From Macrostomum lignano (Eukaryota): a stretch of 64,000 bases of DNA. Positions 36,290-51,100 of the stretch are shown in pieces. The stretch lies in assembly GCA_002269645.1 (NCBI GenBank), contig NIVC01003343.1, positions 39,201 to 103,200 on the forward strand, given 5' to 3'. The position numbers and the translations under genes are program-made. Within the stretch, counting starts at the first letter, position 1; the number at the start of each line of letters is the position of its first letter. Below the pieces are notes generated by a model that saw only the letters and a program-made list of their open reading frames with translations, was not told where the DNA came from and searched no databases.

Positions 36290-39200
36290 ATCTAATCCCG
36301 ATTTGGCAGAATCTGTCTCTTTAATCCCCAGAATATGTCTCTTTAATCCCAATTTGGGAGAGCCTGTCTCTTTAAATCCCCATTTGGGAGAACATGTCTC
36401 TTTAATCCCCATTTGGGAGAATCTGTCTCTTTAATGCCCATTTGAGAGAATTTGTTTCTCTAATTCCTATTTGGGAGAATCTGTCTCTTTAATCCCCATT
36501 TGAGATAATCTTCTTTTTAATCCCCATTTGGGAGAACCTGTCTCCTTAATGCCCATTTGGGAGAATCTGTTTCTCTAATCCCAATTTAGGAGAATCTGTC
36601 TCTTCGATCCCCATTTGGGAGAATCTGTCTCTTTAATCCCCATTTGGGAGAGCCTGTCTCTTTAATCCCCATTTGGAAGAACATGTCTCTTTAATCCCAA
36701 TTTGGGAGAACCTGTCTCTTTAATCCCCATTTGGCAGAACCTGTCTCTTTAATCCCCATTTGGAAGAACATGTCTCTTTAATCCCCATTTGGAAGAACAT
36801 GTCTCTTTAATCCCCATTTGGGAGAACCTGTCTCTTTAATCCCCATTTGGAAGAACGTGTCTCTTTAATCCCCATTTGGGAGAATCTGTCCCTTTGATCC
36901 CCAAATGGGAGAATCTGTCTCTTTAATCCCCATTTGGGAGAACCTGTCTCTTTAATCCCCATTTGGAAGAACATGTCTCTTTAATCCCCATTTGGGAGAA
37001 CCTGTCTCTTTAATCCCCATTTGGGAGAGCCTGTCTCTTTAATCCCCATTTGGAAGAACATGTCTCTTTAATCCCCATTTGGGAGAACCTGTCTCTTTAA
37101 TCCCCATTTGGAAGAACATGTCTCTTTAATCCCCATTTGGGAGAACCGGTCTCTTTAATCCCCATTTGGAAAACCTGTCTCTTTAATCCCAATTTAGGAG
37201 AATCTGTCTCTTTGATCCCCATTTGGGAGAATCTGTCTCTTTAATCCCCATTTGGGAGAATCTGTCCCTTTGATCCCCAAATGGGAGAATCTGTCTCTTT
37301 AAATCCCCATTTAGGAGAACCTGTCTCTTTAATCCCCATTTGGAAGAACATGTCTCTTTAATCCCCATTTGGGAGAACCTGTCTCTTTAATCCCCATTTG
37401 GGAGAGCCTGTCTCTTTAATCCCCATTTGGAAGAACATGTCTCTTTAATCCCCATTTGGGAGAACCTGTCTCTTTAATCCCCATTTGGAAGAACATGTCT
37501 CTTTAATCCCCATTTGGGAGAACCTGTCTCTTTAATCCCCATTTGGAAGAACCTGTCTCTTTAATCCCAATTTAGGAGAATCTGTCTCTTTGATCCCCAT
37601 TTAGGAGAATCTGTCTCTTTAATCCCCATTTGGGAGAATCTGTCCCTTTGATCCCCAAATGGGAGAATCTGTCTCTTTAAATCCCCATTTGGGAGAACAT
37701 GTCTCTTTAATCCCCATTTGGGAGAATCTGTCTCTTTAATGCCCATTTGAGAGAATTTGTTTCTCTAATTCCTATTTGGGAGAATCTGTCTCTTTAATCC
37801 CCATTTGAGATAATCTTCTTTTAATCCCCATTTGGGAGAACCTGTCTCCTTAATGCCCATTTGGGAGAATCTGTTTCTCTAATCCCAATTTAGGAGAATC
37901 TGTCTCTTCGATCCCCATTTGGGAGAATCTGTCTCTTTAATCCCCATTTGGGAGAGCCTGTCTCTTTAATCCCCATTTGGAAGAACATGTCTCTTTAATC
38001 CCCATTTGGGAGAACCTGTCTCTTTAATCCCCATTTGGGAGAACCTGTCTCTTTAATCCCCATTTGGAAGAACATGTCTCTTTAATCCCCATTTGGAAGA
38101 ACATGTCTCTTTAATCCCCATTTGGGAGAACCTGTCTCTTTAATCCCCATTTGGGAGAGCCTGTCTCTTTAATCCCCATTTGGAAGAACATGTCTCTTTA
38201 ATCCCCATTTGGGAGAACCTGTCTCTTTAATCCCCATTTGGAAGAACATGTCTCTTTAATCCCCATTTGGGAGAACCTGTCTCTTTAATCCCCATTTGGA
38301 AGAACCTGTCTCTTTAATCCCAATTTAGGAGAATCTGTCTCTTTGATCCCCATTTAGGAGAATCTGTCTCTTTAATCCCCATTTGGGAGAATCTGTCCCT
38401 TTGATCCCCAAATGGGAGAATCTGTCTCTTTAAATCCCCATTTAGGAGAACATGTCTCTTTAATCCCCATTTGGGAGAATCTGTCTCTTTAATGCCCATT
38501 TGAGAGAATTTGTTTCTCTAATTCCTATTTGGGAGAATCTGTCTCTTTAATCCCCATTTGAGATAATCTTCTTTTTAATCCCCATTTGGGAGAACCTGTC
38601 TCCTTAATGCCCATTTGGGAGAATCTGTTTCTCTAATCCCAATTTAGGAGAATCTGTCTCTTCGATCCCCATTTGGGAGAATCTGTCTCTTTAATCCCCA
38701 TTTGGGAGAGCCTGTCTCTTTAATCCCCATTTGGAAGAACATGTCTCTTTAATCCCCATTTGGGAGAACCTGTCTCTTTAATCCCCATTTGGGAGAACCT
38801 GTCTCTTTAATCCCCATTTGGAAGAACATGTCTCTTTAATCCCCATTTGGAAGAACATGTCTCTTTAATCCCCATTTGGGAGAACCTGTCTCTTTAATCC
38901 CCATTTGGGAGAGCCTGTCTCTTTAATCCCCATTTGGAAGAACATGTCTCTTTAATCCCCATTTGGGAGAACCTGTCTCTTTAATCCCCATTTGGAAGAA
39001 CATGTCTCTTTAATCCCCATTTGGAAGAACATGTCTCTTTAATCCCCATTTGGGAGAACCTGTCTCTTTAATCCCCATTTGGGAGAGCCTGTCTCTTTAA
39101 TCCCCATTTGGAAGAACATGTCTCTTTAATCCCCATTTGGGAGAACCTGTCTCTTTAATCCCCATTTGGAAGAACATGTCTCTTTAATCCCCATTTGGGA

Positions 39201-42200
39201 GAACCTGTCTCTTTAATCCCCATTTGGAAGAACCTGTCTCTTTAATCCCAATTTAGGAGAATCTGTCTCTTTGATCCCCATTTGGGAGAATCTGTCTCTT
39301 TAATCCCCATTTGGGAGAATCTGTCCCTTTGATCCCCAAATGGGAGAATCTGTCTCTTTAAATCCCCATTTAGGAGAACCTGTCTCTTTAATCCCCATTT
39401 GGAAGAACATGTCTCTTTAATCCCCATTTGGGAGAACCTGTCTCTTTAATCCCCATTTGGGAGAGCCTGTCTCTTTAATCCCCATTTGGAAGAACATGTC
39501 TCTTTAATCCCCATTTGGGAGAACCTGTCTCTTTAATCCCCATTTGGAAGAACATGTCTCTTTAATCCCCATTTGGGAGAACCTGTCTCTTTAATCCCCA
39601 TTTGGAAGAACCTGTCTCTTTAATCCCAATTTAGGAGAATCTGTCTCTTTGATCCCCATTTAGGAGAATCTGTCTCTTTAATCCCCATTTGGGAGAATCT
39701 GTCCCTTTGATCCCCAAATGGGAGAATCTGTCTCTTTAAATCCCCATTTAGGAGAACATGTCTCTTTAATCCCCATTTGGGAGAATCTGTCTCTTTAATG
39801 CCCATTTGAGAGAATTTGTTTCTCTAATTCCTATTTGGGAGAATCTGTCTCTTTAATCCCCATTTGAGATAATCTTCTTTTTAATCCCCATTTGGGAGAA
39901 CCTGTCTCCTTAATGCCCATTTGGGAGAATCTGTTTCTCTAATCCCAATTTAGGAGAATCTGTCTCTTCGATCCCCATTTGGGAGAATCTGTCTCTTTAA
40001 TCCCCATTTGGGAGAGCCTGTCTCTTTAATCCCCATTTGGAAGAACATGTCTCTTTAATCCCCATTTGGGAGAATCTGTCTCTTTAATGCCCATTTGGGA
40101 GAACCTGTCTCCTTAATGCCCATTTGGGAGAATCTGTTTCTCTAATCCCAATTTAGGAGAATCTGTCTCTTCGATCCCCATTTGGGAGAATCTGTCTCTT
40201 TAATCCCCATTTGGGAGAGCCTGTCTCTTTAATCCCCATTTGGAAGAACATGTCTCTTTAATCCCCATTTGGGAGAATCTGTCTCTTTAATGCCCATTTG
40301 AGAGAATTTGTTTCTCTAATTCCTATTTGGGAGAATCTGTCTCTTTAATCCCCATTTGAGATAATCTTCTTTTTAATCCCCATTTGGGAGAACCTGTCTC
40401 CTTAATGCCCATTTGGGAGAATCTGTTTCTCTAATCCCAATTTAGGAGAATCTGTCTCTTCGATCCCCATTTGGGAGAATCTGTCTCTTTAATCCCCATT
40501 TGGGAGAGCCTGTCTCTTTAATCCCCATTTGGAAGAACATGTCTCTTTAATCCCCATTTGGGAGAACCTGTCTCTTTAATCCCCATTTGGGAGAACCTGT
40601 CTCTTTAATCCCCATTTGGAAGAACATGTCTCTTTAATCCCCATTTGGAAGAACATGTCTCTTTAATCCCCATTTGGGAGAACCTGTCTCTTTAATCCCC
40701 ATTTGGGAGAGCCTGTCTCTTTAATCCCCATTTGGAAGAACATGTCTCTTTAATCCCCATTTGGGAGAACCTGTCTCTTTAATCCCCATTTGGAAGAACA
40801 TGTCTCTTTAATCCCCATTTGGGAGAACCTGTCTCTTTAATCCCCATTTGGAAGAACCTGTCTCTTTAATCCCAATTTAGGAGAATCTGTCTCTTTGATC
40901 CCCATTTAGGAGAATCTGTCTCTTTAATCCCCATTTGGGAGAATCTGTCCCTTTGATCCCCAAATGGGAGAATCTGTCTTTTTAAATCCCCATTTGGGAG
41001 AACATGTCTCTTTAATCCCCATTTGGGAGAATCTGTCTCTTTAATGCCCATTTGAGAGAATTTGTTTCTCTAATTCCTATTTGGGAGAATCTGTCTCTTT
41101 AATCCCCATTTGAGATAATCTTCTTTTTAATCCCCATTTGGGAGAACCTGTCTCCTTAATGCCCATTTGGGAGAATCTGTTTCTCTAATCCCAATTTAGG
41201 AGAATCTGTCTCTTCGATCCCCATTTGGGAGAATCTGTCTCTTTAATCCCCATTTGGGAGAGCCTGTCTCTTTAATCCCCATTTGGAAGAACATGTCTCT
41301 TTAATCCCCATTTGGGAGAACCTGTCTCTTTAATCCCCATTTGGGAGAACCTGTCTCTTTAATCCCCATTTGGAAGAACATGTCTCTTTAATCCCCATTT
41401 GGAAGAACATGTCTCTTTAATCCCCATTTGGGAGAACCTGTCTCTTTAATCCCCATTTGGGAGAGCCTGTCTCTTTAATCCCCATTTGGAAGAACATGTC
41501 TCTTTAATCCCCATTTGGGAGAACCTGTCTCTTTAATCCCCATTTGGAAGAACATGTCTCTTTAATCCCCATTTGGGAGAACCTGTCTCTTTAATCCCCA
41601 TTTGGAAGAACCTGTCTCTTTAATCCCAATTTAGGAGAATCTGTCTCTTTGATCCCCATTTAGGAGAATCTGTCTCTTTAATCCCCATTTGGGAGAATCT
41701 GTCCCTTTGATCCCCAAATGGGAGAATCTGTCTCTTTAAATCCCCATTTGGGAGAACATGTCTCTTTAATCCCCATTTGGGAGAATCTGTCTCTTTAATG
41801 CCCATTTGAGAGAATTTGTTTCTCTAATTCCTATTTGGGAGAATCTGTCTCTTTAATCCCCATTTGAGATAATCTTCTTTTTAATCCCCATTTGGGAGAA
41901 CCTGTCTCCTTAATGCCCATTTGGGAGAATCTGTTTCTCTAATCCCAATTTAGGAGAATCTGTCTCTTCGATCCCCATTTAGGAGAATCTGTCTCTTTAA
42001 TCCCCATTTGGGAGAGCCTGTCTCTTTAATCCCCATTTGGAAGAACATGTCTCTTTAATCCCCATTTGGGAGAACCTGTCTCTTTAATCCCCATTTGGGA
42101 GAACCTGTCTCTTTAATCCCCGTTTGGAAGAACATGTCTCTTTAATCCCTATTTGGAAGAACATGTCTCTTTAATCCCCATTTGGGAGAACCTGTCTCTT

Positions 42201-43200
42201 TAATCCCCATTTGGAAGAACGTGTCTCTTTAATCCCCATTTGGGAGAATCTGTCCCTTTGATCCCCAAATGGGAGAATCTGTCTCTTTAATCCCCATTTG
42301 GGAGAACCTGTCTCTTTAATCCCCATTTGGAAGAACATGTCTCTTTAATCCCCATTTGGGAGAGCCTGTCTCTTTAATCCCCATTTGGGAGAGCCTGTCT
42401 CTTTAATCCCCATTTGGAAGAACATGTCTCTTTAATCCCCATTTGGGAGAACCTGTCTCTTTAATCCCCATTTGGAAGAACATGTCTCTTTAATCCCCAT
42501 TTGGGAGAACCTGTCTCTTTAATCCCCATTTGGAAGAACCTGTCTCTTTAATCCCAATTTAGGAGAATCTGTCTCTTTGATCCCCATTTGGGAGAATCTG
42601 TCTCTTTAATCCCCATTTGGGAGAATCTGTCCCTTCGATCCCCATTTGGGAGAATCTGTCTCTTTAATCCCCATTTGGGAGAGCCTGTCTCTTTAATCCC
42701 CATTTGAGATAATCTTCTCCTTAATCCCCATTTGGGAGAACCTGTCTCTTTAATCCCCATTTGGGAGAATCTGTTTCTTTAATCCCAATTTAGGAGAATA
42801 TGTCTCTTTGATCCCCATTTGGGAGAATATGTCTCTTTAATGCCCATTTGGGAGAATCTGTCCCTTTGATCCCCAAATGGGAGAATCTGTCTCTTCGATC
42901 CCCATTTGGGAGAATCTGTCTCTTTGATCCCCATTTGGGAGAATCTGTCTCTTTAATCCCCATTTGGGAGAATCTGTCTCTTTAATCCCCATTTGGGAGA
43001 GCCTGTCTCTTTAATCCCTATTTGGAAGAACATGTCTCTTTAATCCCCATTTGGGAGAATCTGTCTCTTTAATCCCCATTTGGGAGAATCTGTCTCTTTA
43101 ATCCCCATTTGGGATAATCTGTCTCTTTAATCCATCCCCATTTGGGAAAATCTGTCTCTTTAATCCCCATTTGGGAGAACCTATCTCTTTAATCCCCATC
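36290..43200. repeat. 29-bp satellite-like array (ctgtctctttaatccccatttgggagaac)n, about 240 copies, with higher-order structure
   Basis: Directly visible. Variant blocks recur at spacings of 753-754, 928 and 2059 bp (26, 32 and 71 units). Confidence 0.97.
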
Positions 43201-43611
43201 TCTAACTCCCATCTAAAAGAAACGCCCCTAAATTCCCATTTAGTTAAGTATTTTTTCTTCATCGTCACTCGACATACCCAATTTCATGTCAAGTTTTTTA
43301 CTTTTTGCAAGTGCTCAACATAGAATCAATATGATTTGCACGATAGCACAGGAAACTTCATGCTTTGAGAGTAATTAGTTCCCTATGCAAGTACGGTACA
43401 GGCATTTATATATATACTCGAATAAGTGGTGAACAGTTACTCGGAGTTATTATCGGCAAAAACGAGTTCGGCACTGTAATAGTTGCTATGCGGGATTAGT
43501 TGTTGGACATCGCGTGTGTGTGTGTGTGTTCTCGGTGCAGTTAGTCATACGATAAATGTAAGGACTAGTCTGATGGGGGGTATTCTGACTGGGAGACAGA
43601 GGATAGGGGTG

Positions 43612-43613
<2 letters not shown>

Positions 43614-43673
<60 letters not shown>
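43614..43673. repeat. (GA)n microsatellite
   Basis: Directly visible. Confidence 0.95.
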
Positions 43674-43884
43674 TGTAGAGACGGAAATGCTGGGGAGCCA
43701 TGAGAAGGAAAAATCGATTTTAGTATCCATGGTGGCTGCGACTGCATGCTCGAATCCGGTTGTGTGTACTTTTAATTTGTGTAGACTGCCGGTTAAGGAA
43801 GCCTTAGATGTGTAGTGTTAAGTGGGTAAATTTGCGATTCAGAATGTGTAAATATGGAATGTAGAATGGGAGATGAAGGAGTCA

Positions 43885-44620
43885 GCAAGGGTAGATAGCG
43901 GAGGCAGGAAGGGTAGATAGAGGAGGCAGAAAGGGTAGATAGAGGAGGCAGAAAGGGTAGATAGCGGAGGCAGAAAGGGTAGATAGAGGAGGCAGAAAGG
44001 GTAGATAGAGGAGGCAGAAAGGGTAGATAGCGGAGGCAGGAAGGGTAGATAGAGGAGGCAGAAAGGGTAGATAGAGGAGGCAGAAAGGGTAGATAGCGGA
44101 GGCAGAAAGGGTAGATAGAGGAGGCAGAAAGGGTAGATAGAGGAGGCAGAAAGGGTAGATAGAGGAGGCAGAAAGGGTAGGTAGAGGAGTCAGAAAGGGT
44201 AGATAGAGGAGGCAGAAAGGGTAGATAGAGGAGGCAGAAAGGGTAGATAGAGGAGGCAGAAAGGGTAGATAGAGGAGGCAGAAAGGGTAGATAGAGGAGG
44301 CAGAAAGGGTAGGTAGAGGAGTCAGAAAGGGTAGATAAAGGAGGCAGAAAGGGTAGATAGAGGAGGCAGAAAGGGTAGATAGAGGAGGCAGAAAGGGTAG
44401 ATAGAGGAGGCAGAAAGGGTAGGTAGAGGAGGCAGAAAGGGTAGATCGAGGAGGTAGAAATGGTAAATAGAGTAGGTAGGAAGGGTAGATAGAGAAGGCA
44501 GAAAGGGTAGATAAAGTAGGTCGGAAGGGTAGATAGAGGAGGCAGAAAGGGTAAATAGGGAGGTAGAAATGGTAAATAAAGTAGGTAGGAAGGGTAGATA
44601 TAGGAGGCAGGAAGGATAGA
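43885..44620. repeat. 22-bp purine-rich minisatellite (aaagggtagatagaggaggcag)n
   Basis: Period of 22 read directly. Confidence 0.95.
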
Positions 44621-45007
44621 TAAAGGGTCAGAAAGATTGCATACAGAGAATTTAAAAAACGTACTTTTGCATTCGCAGACAGTAAAAGGCCCAAGAAGAT
44701 TTCTGCGCAAAAAAGTCAAGGTCGAAGTCAATTTGAACCAACGGGTTGAAATTCGATTTTTCCCCAAAATCCTCGCACTGATTGAGGACTTCAATCTAAT
44801 TCAACTTTTCCTTAATTGGCTTCTTCGAAGATGACTGTGGCTTCCCTCTATTCCCCTCTGATCCCATTCCAACCTCAGTTTTAGTTAGGCTAAAGCTATC
44901 GTTCTATCTAAAAAAATCAATTTCAACTATTTTTCTAACCCTACCGCCCTAAACTTTTTTGTCAAAGCAAGGAGATCTTTTAAGACTAGAATCTGGTTTA
45001 GAAGTGG

Positions 45008-47160
45008 TTGGCGCCCCTCTCGGTTAGGTTGGCGCCCCTGCCTGTTATATGTAGGTTGGCGCCCCTTCTGTTAGGTTGGCGCCCCTGTCTGTTAGGTTGG
45101 CGCCCCTTTCTGTTAGGTTGGCGCCCCTGTCTGTTAGGTTGGCGCCCCTGTCTGTTAGGTTGGCGCCCCTGTCTGTTAGGTTGGCGCCCCTGTCTGTTAG
45201 GTTGGCGCCCCTGTCTGTTATATATAGGTTGGCGCCCCTGTCTGTTATATATAGGTTGGCGCCCCTGTCTGTTATATATAGGTTGGCGCCCCTGTCTGTT
45301 ATATATAGGTTGGCGCCCCTGTCTGTTATATATAGGTTGGCGCCCCTGTCTGTTATATATAGTTATATATAGATTGGCGCCCCTGTCTGTTATATATAGG
45401 TTGGCGCCCCTGTCTGTTATATATAGGTTGGCGCCCCTGTCTGTTATATATAGGTTGGCGCCCCTGTCTGTTATATATAGTTATATATAGGTTGGCGCCC
45501 CTGTCTGTTATATATAGGTTGGCGCCCCTGTCTGTTATATATAGGTTGGCGCCCCTGTCTGTTATATATAGGTTGGCGCCCCTGTCTGTTATATATAGAT
45601 TGGCGCCCCTGTCTGTTATATATAGGTTGGCGCCCATGTCTGTTAGGTTGGCGCCCCTGTCTGTTATATATAGGTTGGCGACCCTGTCTGTTATATATAG
45701 GTTGGCGCCCATGTCTGTTAGGTTGGCGCCCCTGTCTGTTATATATAGGTTGGCGACCCTGTCTGTTATATATAGGTTGGCGCCCCTGTCTGTTAGGTTG
45801 GCGCCCTGTCTGTTAGGTTGGCGCCCCTGTCTGTTAGGTTGGCGCCCCTGTCTGTTATATATAGGTTGGCGCCCCTGTCTGTTATATATAGGTTGGCGCC
45901 CCTGTCTGTTAGGTTGGCGCCCCTGTCTGTTATATATAGGTTGGCGACCCTGTCTGTTATATATAGGTTGGCGCCCATGTCTGTTAGGTTGGCGCCCCTG
46001 TCTGTTATATATAGGTTGGCGACCCTGTCTGTTATATATAGGTTGGCGCCCCTGTCTGTTAGGTTGGCGCCCTGTCTGTTAGGTTGGCGCCCCTGTCTGT
46101 TAGGTTGGCGCCCCTGTCTGTTATATATAGGTTGGCGCCCCTGTCTGTTATATATAGGTTGGCGCCCCTGTCTGTTAGGTTGGCGCCCTGTCTGTTAGGT
46201 TGGCGCCCCTGTCTGTTAGGTTGGCGCCCCTGTCTGTTATATATAGGTTGGCGCCCCTGTCTGTTATATATAGGTTGGCGCCCCTGTCTGTTATATATAG
46301 GTTGGCGCCCCTGTCTGTTATATATAGATTGGCGCCCCTGTCTGTTATATATAGGTTGGCGCCCATGTCTGTTAGGTTGGCGCCCCTGTCTGTTATATAT
46401 AGGTTGGCGCCCCTGTCTGTTAGGTTGGCGCCCCTGTCTGTTATATATAGGTTGGCGCCCCTGTCTGTTATATATAGGTTGGCGCCCCTGTCTGTTATAT
46501 ATAGGTTGGCGCCCCTGTCTGTTATATATAGGTTGGCGCCCCTGTCTGTTATATATAGGTTGGCGCCCCTGTCTGTTATATATAGATTGGCGCCCCTGTC
46601 TGTTATATATAGGTTGGCGCCCATGTCTGTTAGGTTGGCGCCCCTGTCTGTTATATATAGGTTGGCGCCCCTGTCTGTTATATATAGGTTGGCGCCCATG
46701 TCTGTTAGGTTGGCGCCCCTGTCTGTTATATATAGATTGGCGCCCCTGTCTGTTATATATAGGTTGGCGCCCATGTCTGTTAGGTTGGCGCCCCTGTCTG
46801 TTATATATAGATTGGCGCCCCTGTCTGTTATATATAGGTTGGCGACCCTGTCTGTTATATATAGGTTGGCGCCCCTGTCTGTTAGGTTGGCGCCCTGTCT
46901 GTTAGGTTGGCGCCCCTGTCTGTTATATATAGGTTGGCACCCCTGCCTGTTATATATAGGTTGGCGCCCCTGTCTGTTATATATAGTTATATATACATTG
47001 GCGCCCCTGCCTGTTATATATAGGTTGGCGCCCCTGCCTGTTAGGTTGGTGCCCTGTTTGTTAGGCTGGCGCTCCTGTCTCATAGGCTGGCGCCCATGTC
47101 TCTTAGATTGGCGCCCCTGTCTCATAGCCTAGCGCCCCTGTCTCTTAGGCTGGCGCCCCT
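45008..47160. repeat. Mixed 27/21-bp minisatellite (aggttggcgcccctgtctgtt[atatat])n
   Basis: Two unit lengths that differ by ATATAT are interspersed. Confidence 0.95.
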
Positions 47161-47581
47161 TTCCCTGCCTTCGGTAGAGAGGCTTTGGCAACAAGCCTAT
47201 CTACATGTACAACTTTTAACTTTTTCGGGGCTCTCCTCTTCTTTCCCCCACCCCATTCTCTCTCCCTTCTGTGTATAATTTTCGCTGGTCTATAGGGGAT
47301 TTTAGTGAGGAACTGGACAGGGAAGGCAGAGAGAAGATGAGGGATCGAGGCTGAACGTGTGTGTGTGTGTGTGTGCCTGCAAGTACAACGCGCGTTTCCT
47401 AAACCCCTAACTGCGTGTACACGTTGCGGTAAGTATTGATGGATATAGAGCCTACTAAATCTGGTATGAGGATTCAGAAGATTAGTCATTGGCTCCTAGC
47501 CTTCGAGTTATAGTGCGGTTTCAACCATATATATATATATATATAAATATACCCACGTGTATATGCCTGCCGAAACTTCAG

Positions 47582-48100
47582 CTCTCTGTGCTGCACCCGG
47601 CTGCAACTGGTGGCGAAGCCAAACACACTGTGAAGAAACAGCTACCCGATCCGACACCCGTTGCTATGCCGTTGCCATCCGGTCTAAAATCGGACGAAGC
47701 GGATATTCTATCATCGTCAGGACTGAGCAGTGACAGCGGACTCAATAACGAGAATGACGTTGGTCGGCATCACTTGGCGGAGAGTCACGCCGTCAAAGCT
47801 GACAAGACTCTGCTGTTGCATCATCAGCAATCGCGTCAAGAAGATCTGCTGGACAATGGCTCGGTTTCGACACCTGTAGCTCCGATTCTGATTGGCCTGG
47901 CAACTGCCGGACTTGTCATTCTAGCCCTGGGGCTCATGTACCTGCGATACAGGCGCTCTGCTCAGTCTGTCGGGTTATCTGGCGGTCGGGGTGGCGGCGG
48001 CAGCAATGGGAAAACTCTACCAGTGGATGCTGAGGCTCAAGCCGAAATGGAATGGGATAATTCTGCCTTGAATATCACCGTTAATCCGCTGGATAATGAG
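47582..48100 (+). CDS. CLSTN: Calsyntenin exon (transmembrane helix and first W-acidic motif)
   Basis: Encodes ILIGLATAGLVILALGLMYLRYRR (TM) and EMEWDNSALNITVNPL. Acceptor aacttcAG, donor GTGAGG. Confidence 0.95.
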
Positions 48101-48149
48101 GTGAGGGACCGTTTCGGTTTTCATGAGGGATTTGGTGAAGACAGGTGTC

Positions 48150-51100
48150 GCTTCAGATACTTCAGATAGTTCAGACACTTCAGACACTTCAGATAGTTCA
48201 GATACTTCAGACACTTCAGACACTTCAGATACTTCAGACACTTCAAATACTTCAGATACTTCAGACACTTCAGACACTTCAGACACTTCAGACACTTCAG
48301 ACACTTCAGACACTTCAGATACTTCAGACACTTCAAATACTTCAGATACTTCAGACACTTCAGACACTTCAGATACTTCAGACACTTCAGACACTTCAGA
48401 CACTTCAGACACTTCAGACACTTCAGACACTTCAAACACTTCAAATACTTCAGATACTTCAGACATTTCAGATACTTCAGATACTTCAGATAGTTCAGAC
48501 ACTTCAGATACTTCAGATACTTCAGACATTTCAGATACTTCAGATACTTCAGATAGTTCAGACACTTCAGATACTTCAGATACTTCAGACACTTCAGACA
48601 CTTCAGACACTTCAGACACTTCAGATACTTCAGACACTTCAGACACTTCAGACACTTCAGATACTTAAGACACTTCAAATACTTCAGATACTTCAGACAC
48701 TTCAGACACTTCAGATACTTCAGATACTTCAGACATTTCAGATACTTCAGACACTTCAGATACTTCAGACACTTCAGACACTTCAGACACTTCAGACACT
48801 TCAGACACTTCAGACACTTCAAACACTTCAAATACTTCAGATACTTCAGACATTTCAGATACTTCAGATACTTCAGATAGTTCAGACACTTCAGATACTT
48901 CAGATAGTTCAGATACTTCAAACACTTCAGACACTTCAGACACTTCAGACATTTCAGATACTTCAGATACTTCAGATAGTTCAGACACTTCAGATAGTTC
49001 AGACACTTCAGACACTTCAGATACTTCAGATACTTCAGACATTTCAGATACTTCAGATACTTCAGATAGTTCAGACACTTCAGATACTTCAGATACTTCA
49101 AACACTTCAGACACTTCAGACACTTCAGACACTTCAGACATTTCAGATACTTCAGATACTTCAGACACTTCAGACATTTCAGATACTCCAGATACTTCAA
49201 ACACTTCAGACATTTCAGATACTTCAGATACTTCAGACACTTCAGATAGTTCAGACACTTCAGATAGTTCAGATACTTCAAACACTTCAGACACTTCAGA
49301 CACTTCAGACACTTCAGACATTTCAGATACTTCAGATACTTCAGACATTTCAGATACTTCAGATACTTCAGACACTTCAGATAGTTCAGACACTTCAGAT
49401 ACTTCAGACACTTCAGATACTTCAGACACTTCAGACACTTCAGATACTTCAGACACTTCAGATACTTCAGACACTTCAGATACTTCAGATAGTTCAGACA
49501 CTTCAGACACTTCAGATACTTCAGACACTTCAGACACTTCAGACATTTCAGATACTTCAGATACTTCAGATAGTTCAGACACTTCAAATAGTTCAGATAC
49601 TTCAAACACTTCAGACACTTCAGACACTTCAGACACTTCAGACATTTCAGATACTTCAGATACTTCAGACACTTCAGACATTTCAGATACTCCAGATACT
49701 TCAAACACTTCAGACATTTCAGATACTTCAGATACTTCAGACACTTCAGACATTTCAGATACTCCAGATACTTCAAACACTTCAGACATTTCAGATACTT
49801 CAGATACTTCAGACACTTCAGATAGTTCAGACACTTCAGATAGTTCAGATACTTCAAACACTTCAGACACTTCAGACACTTCAGACATTTCAGATACTTC
49901 AGATACTTCAGACATTTCAGATACTTCAGATACTTCAGACACTTCAGACACTTCAGATACTTCAGATACTTCAGACACTTCAGACACTTCAGATACTTCA
50001 GACACTTCAGATACTTCAGACACTTCAGATACTTCAGATAGTTCAGACACTTCAGACACTTCAGATACTTCAGACACTTCAGACACTTCAGACACTTCAG
50101 ACACTTCAAACACTTCCGATACTTCAGATACTTCAGATACTTCAGATAGTTCAGACACTTCAAATACTTCAGATACTTCAGACACTTCAGATACTTCAGA
50201 TACTTCAGATACTTCAGATACTTCAGACACTTCAGATACTTCAGATACTTCAGGCACTTCAAATACTTCAGATACTTCAGATACTTCAGACACTTCAGAC
50301 ACTTCAGACACTTCAGATACTTCAGACACTTCAGACACTTCAGATACTCCAGATACTTCAGATACTTCAGATAATTCAGATACTTCAGACACTTCAGATA
50401 CTTCAGGCACTTCAGACACTTCAGAAACTTCAGACACTTCAGACACTTCAGATACTTCAGATACTTCAGATACTTCAGATACTTCAGGCACTTCAGATAC
50501 TTCAGATACTTCAGATACTTCAGATACTTCAGATACTTCAGATACTTCAGGCACTTCAGGCACTTCAGATACTTCAGATACTTCAGATACTTCAGGCACT
50601 TCAGATACTTCAGATACTTCAGACACTTCAGATACTTCAGGCACTTCAGGCACTTCAGACACTTCAGATACTCCAGATACTTCAGATACTTCAGATAATT
50701 CAGATACTTCAGACACTTCAGATACTTCAGGCACTTCAGACACTTCAGAAACTTCAGACACTTCAGATACTTCAGATACTTCAGATACTTCAGATACTTC
50801 AGGCACTTCAGATACTTCAGATACTTCAGATACTTCAGATACTTCAGATACTTCAGATACTTCAGGCACTTCAGGCACTTCAGATACTTCAGATACTTCA
50901 GATACTTCAGGCACTTCAGATACTTCAGATACTTCAGACACTTCAGATACTTCAGATACTTCAGATACTTCAGATACTTCAGATACTTCAGGCACTTCAG
51001 GCACTTCAGATACTTCAGATACTTCAGATACTTCAGGCACTTCAGATACTTCAGATACTTCAGACACTTCAGATACTTCAGGCACTTCAGACACTTCAGA

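Noticed and set aside
22436-43200. CRISPR-like appearance of the 29-, 38-, 41- and 46-bp arrays
   Set aside because: The units are head-to-tail with no unique spacers, there are no cas genes, and the context is eukaryotic introns.
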